Below, in pieces: positions 8,038 to 16,500 of a DNA stretch of 23,278 bases. This DNA is from an uncultured archaeon (lineage in GTDB: Archaea; Asgardarchaeota; Thorarchaeia; Thorarchaeales; Thorarchaeaceae), in NCBI GenBank assembly GCA_964458565.1, contig CAYWJO010000012.1, positions 1-23,278 on the forward strand. Reading direction: 5' to 3'. How positions within the stretch are numbered: position 1 is the stretch's first letter; the number at the start of each line of letters is the position of its first letter. The notes beneath the pieces were generated by a model. That model worked only from the letters and a program-made list of their open reading frames with translations. It did no database searches and was not told the DNA's origin. A program made the translations under genes and the position numbers.

Positions 8038-9594
8038 CTATGCGGCTGCCTCACCAAGACCTAACACTGATGTGTCAGTGGTGAGCACAACCGGTTTTGA
8101 TTGTACATGTTTACTTTTTGCGACAGCATCGTAGTAGCTATTTTGCATCTTGATCAATTGAGTTGCTCCAAGCGCACCTGTTTCCCTCACGACCCTGAAT
8201 TCACCATTGCTTTTCTTCATAGCATCTTCATACGCATGAATGAACTCCAGTGAATCAACGTCATTCTTGAACATCGCAGCAATGACATAATTTCCTAAGC
8301 CATTCTTCACTCGTGCAACAACTGTATAATCCATTACTTGAGCTCCAGTGACTCTGCATGCTTCATCGATTGCCCGAGTAACGTGAGCATCTGAAAGCTT
8401 CTCGCCACTTAGATTTGTGACCTTACCCCTGCGACCAATATCTGTCATAGTGATAGGATCTGTACTCGTGATTGTTAGCATGTCACCTGGTCTGTAGCGA
8501 TAGTAACCACCAGAATTTGTAATCACAATCTCGTACCTGTTACCGGCCTTTATATCACTGAGTGGAATTGTTTCAGGAATCGGTTCATCAATCTCCGACT
8601 CGGGAATGAATTCGTAATAGTTCACGTGAGGGGAGATCTGCATACCTCTTCCTGGCAGGAGCTGGCCGCCATAATAACTCTCAGAACCACCATACATCTC
8701 CCAAATCTGGCTATCTGGTAACGTTTCTGAAATCCATTTTCTGTAAGGGTCCGGTGATACCCCGGTACTAAGAAGGAATCTCAGATTAGGCCATAGTTCG
8801 GATACATTGAGAACACCCGAATCATCCATTGCATCTCTAAGTCTAGCTTCATGTTTTGTACCTCGATACTCATCGAGTAGCCAAGGTCCATACTCATTCT
8901 GCATTCTTCGAACCAATGCTAACCAGAGTGGTGTGATTCCTTGAAGTCCTGTCACATTATGTTCAACGAGAAGCTTGGCATAGCATCTTATCTTGAGTTC
9001 CATATCCTCTACTTGGAAAACATCATGTCCATCTACTAATGGAAGATTCATCAAACGCTGGAAGATAGGGTTCTGAAATTTGGAATAGACTCCTGTGGCA
9101 TACCCGACTGGGATTTCTCCGATATAGTCTAGATGCGAACCTGCTCCAAATGTGATTAGTTTCCCATCAATAAGCTTCAGATTTTCCTCGTCTTGAGCCA
9201 AGTAGCCCATCCAACTCAACATTGTTCCTTTGGAAATCGCTTTAATCCCCAACTTGGTTGCTGGCAACCTTTTCTGGGTTCCTGTAGTTCCGGATGTCTG
9301 CATAAACCACACAACAGGATCTATAGTCAATATTTTTCCATTGGGATTTTTCTGTATCATCTCAAAATATGGTTTCATTTGTTGACCATCCATGAGTGGT
9401 ACAGTCTCACGAAACTTCTCTGGAGTCTTAATCGACTCAAAGCTAAACTTATTACCGTACATCGTGTCCCGATGACGATCAAGAGCAGCCATGAGTGTCT
9501 CTTCAGACATTTCAACTGGATAGTTGAGGACTCGATCAATCTCCTTCAATTTCTTTTTCGCAACCATCTTTACGAGGTGCTTCATGATCGACAT
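8038..9594 (-). CDS. GH3 family acyl-acid amido synthetase (GH3 auxin-responsive-like)
   Basis: QTSGTTGTQKRLP, YGGSE, YYEFIP, YEIVITNSGGYYRYRPGD and GRRGKVTNLSGEKL motifs. ATG 9594 (MSIMKHL) after GGAGTG preferred over 9726. Confidence 0.92.
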   Translation of the reverse strand: MSIMKHLVKMVAKKKLKEIDRVLNYPVEMSEETLMAALDRHRDTMYGNKFSFESIKTPEKFRETVPLMDGQQMKPYFEMIQKNPNGKILTIDPVVWFMQTSGTTGTQKRLPATKLGIKAISKGTMLSWMGYLAQDEENLKLIDGKLITFGAGSHLDYIGEIPVGYATGVYSKFQNPIFQRLMNLPLVDGHDVFQVEDMELKIRCYAKLLVEHNVTGLQGITPLWLALVRRMQNEYGPWLLDEYRGTKHEARLRDAMDDSGVLNVSELWPNLRFLLSTGVSPDPYRKWISETLPDSQIWEMYGGSESYYGGQLLPGRGMQISPHVNYYEFIPESEIDEPIPETIPLSDIKAGNRYEIVITNSGGYYRYRPGDMLTITSTDPITMTDIGRRGKVTNLSGEKLSDAHVTRAIDEACRVTGAQVMDYTVVARVKNGLGNYVIAAMFKNDVDSLEFIHAYEDAMKKSNGEFRVVRETGALGATQLIKMQNSYYDAVAKSKHVQSKPVVLTTDTSVLGLGEAAA

Positions 9595-9820
9595 TTCATT
9601 GCACTCCTTCCCTCGGGACACTTTGTTCCCTAGGTCAAGTGGAGTGGTATCTGAAAGTACTGATTTTTCTTGGGAATATCCGAATTCTGAGCTTTTGCAA
9701 TTCATTTTTAAATAATATAGTTTCATATCGTTTCCTAATAGGATTGTGGAATTTAGAGAATCTAAAGTGAAATTATTGGCTTTATACGTCTGATAATATT
9801 ACGTCCTCTGTCTGATAACA

Positions 9821-10084
9821 TGACCCCTCTCCCGGAGATTGATGAATTTAACCGGTCGATGTTGTAGGTGCTTAAATTCATAATTCAATACAGAGGTATG
9901 TGAAGACCGAAGTTTCTGTTTGTATATCATCAAAATCACCATCAACACCTGTACACAATGGGGTCTGATTCCTAACTTCGGATTCTCGAGAGGACCTTAC
10001 ACGAAACCGCAAAAGACCGATGTGGTGGGGGTCAACAGCCCTCCCCTCGGTCAACCTCATTTTACCGATTCATCAAGACAGGAG
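9821..10084. ncRNA. Candidate structured RNA or cis-element of unknown class
   Basis: Several perfect or near-perfect stems (9842-9851/9872-9881; 9839-9847/10068-10076; 10015-10020/10047-10052; 9821-9827/10028-10034) downstream of a TTTATA box at 9781. No known family recognised. Confidence 0.3.
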
Positions 10085-10285
10085 CTTCTTAGTTTATGAA
10101 CAAATGTTCTTTCTGTACACCTCTCAAATTTTCCTATATGCTACTAATAGCGATATGATGGATTCCAAAATGATTAGGGAACTCTCATAATCTCTTTTTC
10201 TTCGAAAATGAAAGCCTTCTTACTTCTTCGTCTTGAACTAAATCCTTTACTCAAAGATAAATCCTCACTTGTTTGAGTGCTTACA

Positions 10286-11029
10286 ATGTTTATCTATGCA
10301 AGCTCTGAATCAGATGACGCGATTACGAATGATGGATTCGATTTCACATTTGGTCTTGAACCCTTGTTTACAGGTACTGAGAAAATCTTGGTTCGTGCTC
10401 GACTTGGGTATATCCAGCAAGATAGATCTGCAAACCTTGTGATTGTCGTCGGTTTTAGAAGCAGCATCAAGGGTCCTGACATCACTAGTATTCTGGAGAT
10501 GCCCCCTTTTCTACCATGTGACTTGTTTGGGCTAGTGCCTGGCGTTGCAGTTGTGGCTTCTCATCGCAATCGGGGTGTTGTTGCGAGTGCATTGGCAAGA
10601 GATGAAGTCGTTCAGCTACTAATGGTACTGAGAGGCGAGTCCACACAACGTGAGAGTGTTGGTGAGGTACTTGATAAGCTTGTTATTCGTCTATCAAGGA
10701 TGTGGGAGGAGTGGAGTAGGGCACTCTATCGAATCATTAGTGATGATTCAATCTTGAAAGGTATCGGCGTTGATATTCGGGATTTTCTGGCATTCGAGTC
10801 TGGATATCCATTGATGCCATGGGCTGAATCTTATTCAACTGGCGAACGTGCTCTTATAATGTACAGGATTGTTACTGCAGCAAGAGCATTCATGAGTTCT
10901 GTTCTTGATCTTAAGCAACTCAAAGATCCTTTAGCAATATCTCTTCTCAGCTGGCTCGACAGCATCGCAAATCCAAGATACATTGATTCTTCTCAATCTG
11001 ATTCTGCTCTTGACCTGATGGTGCATTAA
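10286..11029 (+). CDS. Hypothetical protein
   Basis: ~247-aa ORF with protein-like composition and no motif recognised. Start is ATG 10286 or GTG 10277. Its stop overlaps the convergent gene's stop in TTAA (11026-11029). Confidence 0.7.
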   Translation: MFIYASSESDDAITNDGFDFTFGLEPLFTGTEKILVRARLGYIQQDRSANLVIVVGFRSSIKGPDITSILEMPPFLPCDLFGLVPGVAVVASHRNRGVVASALARDEVVQLLMVLRGESTQRESVGEVLDKLVIRLSRMWEEWSRALYRIISDDSILKGIGVDIRDFLAFESGYPLMPWAESYSTGERALIMYRIVTAARAFMSSVLDLKQLKDPLAISLLSWLDSIANPRYIDSSQSDSALDLMVH

Positions 11030-12681
11030 GGGTATTCTCGGGACCACGGATCTATCCATGATCTTTCTTTTGGATTGTAGACGCGATTCAGCGCTGTCAT
11101 CCTAAAGGGTGTGTATCTAGTGATAGGTTGAATATACATACCTTTCAACCCTTTCAGGGATCCACTCTTTGTTTGCTGTATGATGTAACCAATCCAAGTT
11201 GAAGTGACAAAGAGTGGTAGTCTAACTATAGCTATTAATCCTGACTTTTTTCCTCCTGATAATATGCGCACAAAAGGTGTATTTGATAAGAGCCATTTCC
11301 TGAGTTTTTCATGTTGTGGTCTTGTTACTCTGGGAACTGCTATCATTACTCCATCTGGAAGTCCAATGTAATTAGGATTTGGCATATATGATACAATAAC
11401 CAAGTTTTCTTTCAGAAGATATCTGATACTGCTATTGTATGTACTTCTTGAAACCCCCATTTTGTTGAAGAACTCGTTATTGTCTGCACCCCCACCTTCA
11501 TGCGCCCACATTAGGCTAAGGACATCGATATTTCTCTGTGAAGGTAGCTTTTCAGAATCAAGATTCATTCTCGTATCATAATACACCAAGCCTCTCTTCG
11601 AGAATTTTTTCTCATCACGAGACTTCCATAGATCCCATCCCTTTGTTTCCTGATTATAACAGTCTATGCTGAGAGATAAGATCTCGTCGGTTACAGAAAT
11701 CTGTGTACATGAGGACCCTCCTTCCAATAGAGGACTATTATCTGGTGGGCCATTAGAATCCACAGGCTCGATATGTGTTGTTACACTCTGAATATTATGC
11801 TGGATATCCTCACCAATTCTTTCTAGCTCTAACTTCTCGCATACTCCCTGAGACCATACCACTTTCCTATTCGGATTTAGAATAACACGATATTTTAATC
11901 CAAGATTTCTTAGAACAGGAAGAAAACTTTCAGAATATATGCAGGAAAGTTGAAAATCCAAAAGACTTGGTAAATCTAGCTCTTTGACAACATTTACTCT
12001 GTAGTGTTTAATTCTTGAAGATCCATCTGGTGGGTTTTTGTACAGCTCTCGCACCTTATCATTTCTTATTATATTGATATTACTTCGTAATCGCGCTAGT
12101 TGATTTTCATATCTATGTAGCATTGCACCATCAGGTTGAATTGTGGACCTTTCCCAAAGTGTCAGGTTCTCCTGCCAGAGAACGTCATCCCAGAGGGTTT
12201 TCAACCAATCATTTTGTGAAGATAATTCGAATAATGAATTTAGGGATATCAATACTTCACTGATATCATCTAACACCATATTCTCCTTTTTCCATTTAGG
12301 CATTCGACCTAGGGTAATCCTCGCAAACAAATAAGATAAGGCATCTACGATAACCTCATCCAACTTTTGACATACGATTTTTCCAGATGGTGTAACTATT
12401 CTACTACTGATATCATCCAATTTTACTAATCCCTCGGTAATCCCAGTTCTTTCAGGAAAACCTAGAGCTCTATCAAATGCCTTCCCTTGAATTCTTTTTG
12501 TTTCTAATGGTCGTAAATCATAGACTTCTTCGAATCTTCTCTCGCTAAACTCAATATCCGCTTCACCAAGTAAATACTGTAGTAAAACCACATCACTAAA
12601 AGGGCGTTCCCGGTGATGACTTCTTGTAGTTTGCAACCAATTGACAGGATCAACACTGCTTTGGAATGGACCCTTACTCAT
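11026..12681 (-). CDS. Large hypothetical protein with C-terminal winged-HTH + Lrp/AsnC-like module (putative regulator)
   Basis: FFNKMGVSRSTYNSSIRYLLKENLVIVSYMPNPNYIGLP resembles the Lrp/AsnC HTH plus the (D/N)xxxLG linker, followed by an alpha/beta domain. Similar to the C-terminus of 2987..4960. Confidence 0.75.
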   Translation of the reverse strand: MSKGPFQSSVDPVNWLQTTRSHHRERPFSDVVLLQYLLGEADIEFSERRFEEVYDLRPLETKRIQGKAFDRALGFPERTGITEGLVKLDDISSRIVTPSGKIVCQKLDEVIVDALSYLFARITLGRMPKWKKENMVLDDISEVLISLNSLFELSSQNDWLKTLWDDVLWQENLTLWERSTIQPDGAMLHRYENQLARLRSNINIIRNDKVRELYKNPPDGSSRIKHYRVNVVKELDLPSLLDFQLSCIYSESFLPVLRNLGLKYRVILNPNRKVVWSQGVCEKLELERIGEDIQHNIQSVTTHIEPVDSNGPPDNSPLLEGGSSCTQISVTDEILSLSIDCYNQETKGWDLWKSRDEKKFSKRGLVYYDTRMNLDSEKLPSQRNIDVLSLMWAHEGGGADNNEFFNKMGVSRSTYNSSIRYLLKENLVIVSYMPNPNYIGLPDGVMIAVPRVTRPQHEKLRKWLLSNTPFVRILSGGKKSGLIAIVRLPLFVTSTWIGYIIQQTKSGSLKGLKGMYIQPITRYTPFRMTALNRVYNPKERSWIDPWSREYP

Positions 12682-12944
12682 GACAATTTGTTCTCCAGTG
12701 GAAGTTTGGGATGATATGGTTTTGGTATTTCGACTAAAGATTGACTTAAATCTTGCCTATACATAGTTCCAAATTGATTAATTGGGATTATAAACATGTA
12801 TAAAGTTATGAGGGGGGTTTTAGAACGTTTATTTTTAGATTTCATGTGCTCATAGTTTACATCCTATTTGAGAGATAACGCTAATTCACTAACGTATCTA
12901 GTCCTACTAGACAATGAATTGAATGAAAGATGGAGGAATAGTCA

Positions 12945-13541
12945 GTGCAGATGGATGTCACTACTCTCATCATGACAAACCTACTCTTTTCCGTGAGGAT
13001 CACACCTATTGTGATTATAACGGCTACGATACTTCGTGGTGCAATTTTACTCACGGGCCAGAAGAGAGAATTTGAGGATTGGACAAGGAACCCATTATTG
13101 ACTATTGTCACAATCATTTTCTTTCCTGGAATGATTATCCATCTATTCATTCGTTATACAGTAAGTGCAGCTTTTGGAATTGGTGTAGAACGAGTTGGAG
13201 GATCTACTACCTATGGAGAATTGAATCTCTATCTGAAGGTCGATAAACCTCCAAGAGTTACAGCTGTAATCCTTGCTCTATTTGTTTCTACCTTTCTTGC
13301 AGTGTTCGTTGCGTTTCTCCTCATAGCCCTCCCAGTAGTGCTACTCTTCTCCGCTCCTGTTACTTTGATAATGTGGTACCTCAGTATAGGAGTGCTATTC
13401 AACAGTTCTCTAAAAAGTGGAGACATATCATTACTGGGTGCATCTCTTCGGAAGAAACCTCGATCAGGTGCATTGGAGATTGTTACAATTCTAGCTGCGA
13501 TAATTATACTCTACATCCAGGTCTGGGGGCTTCCAATGTAA
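12945..13541 (+). CDS. Integral membrane protein resembling M50B/DUF3267-type zincins but lacking HExxH
   Basis: GGAGG RBS 8 nt before GTG, and about 5 hydrophobic segments. FPGMIIHLFIR occupies the usual PGxxxHExxH position, with SLKSGD downstream. Confidence 0.7.
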   Translation: MQMDVTTLIMTNLLFSVRITPIVIITATILRGAILLTGQKREFEDWTRNPLLTIVTIIFFPGMIIHLFIRYTVSAAFGIGVERVGGSTTYGELNLYLKVDKPPRVTAVILALFVSTFLAVFVAFLLIALPVVLLFSAPVTLIMWYLSIGVLFNSSLKSGDISLLGASLRKKPRSGALEIVTILAAIIILYIQVWGLPM

Positions 13542-16500
13542 TGGTACGAAGAGGAAATCAACTACTAATATCTGCAATCATTCTCATCATGTGTGGGAGT
13601 CTTATTCCATTATCTGATTCTGAATTAGACTTAATGGATTCAATCATACCTACATCAGTGATGGAAGTCTCTGCTAATCCCGGATATGAGATTTCACTAG
13701 GGTATTATATCGTGGTTGAATTACCTGACTCAAGTATTGGTCCATATGGTTCTTCTTTAAATCAACTACTCACAGATTATGGGATACCTTCTCGACTACA
13801 TACATTATCTGAGATTACAGCCGAACCAACCTTGTTAACTGATGCAATATGTATTATCCTCGATGCTAGTCTGGGAGAATCCGATGGGAGTGCAGTACCT
13901 GATTCGTTTATTCAAGCTGTATTGCAGGTTAATGCTCCTACAATCATGATGGGTCGTTCTTCTTGGTTGCTTCACAGATTCCGAGGGCAAGGTCCACCCT
14001 CATTGACCGCTCCCCAAACGACCATCCTGCTTCCCACGCCTGGCTATGAGGGAGCGGTCTACCTCTCCTCACCATTAGTTCTCTCAATTGGAAATGCACT
14101 CACAACGGAATCTGGCTTTGATGCACCAAAGAATGAGATTCAGGGAGTTCATTCACGTCTTATTGATCTAACAGGAAGGTTGACGCAAATCTATCAGCCA
14201 TCATTACAATATTGTTCGTGGCCTGTAGATACATATCTCCTAAATTTAGAAAACCCTAGTGCTTTGACATTTGACGGTGAGGGTCTCTTAATCAACACAA
14301 TAGCATATGCGACAGCCTTGAGCGATACCACGACAAGTCAGATAGTTTCCAAGAGTCAATCCCAAGTCAGTCCCCTCATAGGTGGTTTTTCTTACCTACA
14401 TCAGCCAACACTTGAAGCAACATACTATGCTGTTAAGGCAATATACAGTCTTCTTGAAACACCAGAATGGACTATTTGGCAAGATACAAATAGTGAACTG
14501 ATAGAGGGCTTGCTTTCATCGCTTTACCTCGACTTTGGGTCCGATGCAGGATTTCTCTCATCATCACATGGAAGTGTAGGAAATGTCAGTACTGCTCAAG
14601 GATTATGGCTCACGATGGTAATGAGTTTGGAATCATCATTTGCAATCAGCAAACTTGTTTCGTATTTAGCCACACGCCAAGATACAGATGGTGGCTATGG
14701 GAACAGTGTTGTTACCACATTCAATGTCGTTGAAGCTCTTCAATCTGCTGGATCATTATATGTTATGAATCTCAATGACCTCGAGAATTGGCTCGATGAG
14801 TGTCGCGTCAACGGTGCCGACACATCTAATCCGGATCTTTGGGGCGGTATAGGAAAGAATCCTACTAGTGCAGATTCCAGGAACTCATATGCTTATTATT
14901 ACGTGAATGCATTGTCACTCATAGGAGGGAGTCCCTTTGATTCTACCAAACTCACTGAATGGATCCTCGACCATACTTCAAATCCTGATGGTTCATATGA
15001 TGATAGTACAACTCCCTCACAGGAAGTTGCGAAGGGAACTGCATGTGCACTTGCTACCATGAACGCAATCAGTACGTTATCCGCACAGAATCGAACAACG
15101 GGTCTCAGCTGGTTGAATTCAAATCAGCTTCCAAGTGGAGGATATGGTTTGGGTCTTTCTCAAGATGATATTGTAGGTAAGACTCGAGAGAGTCATTATG
15201 TAGCACTCGCTCTTAACGAGCTTGGGGAGTCTAGCAGCTCATCTGGACAGGAATTGCTACAATTCATGGTGAATTGTAGGACTGATGTGGGTTTCGAAGG
15301 AATGGAGACCATCCCTTCATTGATGTGGAGTTATTGGATGTCATCAATAGCTAGGTATTCTCACGCTTACTCATCAATCAACATTGAAGATGTTCAATCG
15401 TATTTGGAAGGATTTCCAGAGTGGACGCAGTATCCCTATTGGAGCAATCTGACATCAGTGTTAGCATATGAATATGGTATGGATCAATATCGCGGAAAGA
15501 GTGTCTGGACCCAATATTTTGGAATAGGTATGTATGATACATTTGCTTTACCTATCTCAAGTGGAGTTCATTCACAGACGCAAGGATACATTCAAGGCTC
15601 TCAAAGTATAACTGGTCATTTTAGACCTGCCTTCCTGTTTGGTATTCCTCACATGCAATGGACTACTGCGGCAGTAGAAGCTCTATACATGATAGATGCT
15701 TTAGATTCTATTAATTATAGAAGTGCATTAGAGACCGCAGTAATGAACGAGTATTCGAGTGGGTCTTGGTCAAAGATCGGTTGGACAATCGAACCATATT
15801 CAAGTTCACAATCTTCAGTTGACTGGCTTTGTACCAGAGCTGCCCTGCGACTTGACCTTATTACAGAAACAATGGCAACTGAGATTGCATCTTCTATTCA
15901 ATCAAGAATACAATACACTGACCTTTGGTCATTGAGCCGAGATGTATCTACGTTAGCTCTCTTAAATAGCTCCGGATTCTCAGTGAGTTTGGAATCAGTC
16001 AATCCGGACGAAGTCCTGATAAATCTAGGAGCTACACCATTTACTTCAGGCTGGTACAACTCCACCCTCTTCTATCAACCAATCTTTACTGAGAATGTAC
16101 TAGAACTAGTTTCAATATTGGGACTAAGAAATAGATTGAATTCAATTGACAGCAGCGCAGTTGCAATCTCTACAAGTGTCTCAGCTGATGTAGGTGATAC
16201 ACTAGATATTGATGTGATAATTTCATCGGCAACATCTACACACAATGTTACTGTAAATGCTTTCGACCATTGGTATAGGTTTGAGCATGTCCTAAATACC
16301 GATACATTGGCTGTTCCGGTTCCCGAAGACCCTCAATCTCTTGGACAATGGGATATTTGTGTTGTACTCACAGATTGGCAATCTGTTAGAGCCTTTGACT
16401 CCTCTGAAGTAACCGTTAGTGATACTTTAGTTGGCTCACTTAATGTGCATACTCCCTCCATTCTTATGGGTGATTTGATTAATGTCACTGCTTCGTGGAC

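Noticed and set aside
9595-9726. N-terminal extension of GH3 to 9726
   Set aside because: Runs through AT-rich promoter-like DNA, and an RBS precedes ATG 9594.
9840-9968. Box C/D sRNA (TGATGA ... CTGA)
   Set aside because: Spacing is ~125 nt, longer than typical archaeal C/D guides, and no clear C'/D' boxes were seen.
9960-10000. GGGGTCTGATTC resembling a tmRNA 5' end, or a tRNA
   Set aside because: No matching T-arm or acceptor-CCA 3' end and no cloverleaf. RNase P and SRP signature motifs were also not found.
9878-10060. 60-aa minus-strand ORF
   Set aside because: No RBS or recognisable motif, and it overlaps the structured segment. Cannot be supported.
11026-11029. Convergent genes sharing TTAA stop codons
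   Set aside because: Common in compact genomes and not evidence of a functional link.
13373-13540. 56-aa N-terminal extension of the giant ORF given in the track
   Set aside because: Overlaps the upstream gene. ATG 13541 gives TAATG coupling and a proper signal peptide.
14350-16150. Idea that the prenyltransferase-like barrel prenylates the Trp-ending micropeptide (ComX-like)
   Set aside because: ComQ has a different fold, no catalytic motifs are visible, the domain is extracellular and it lies ~9 kb away. No supporting evidence.
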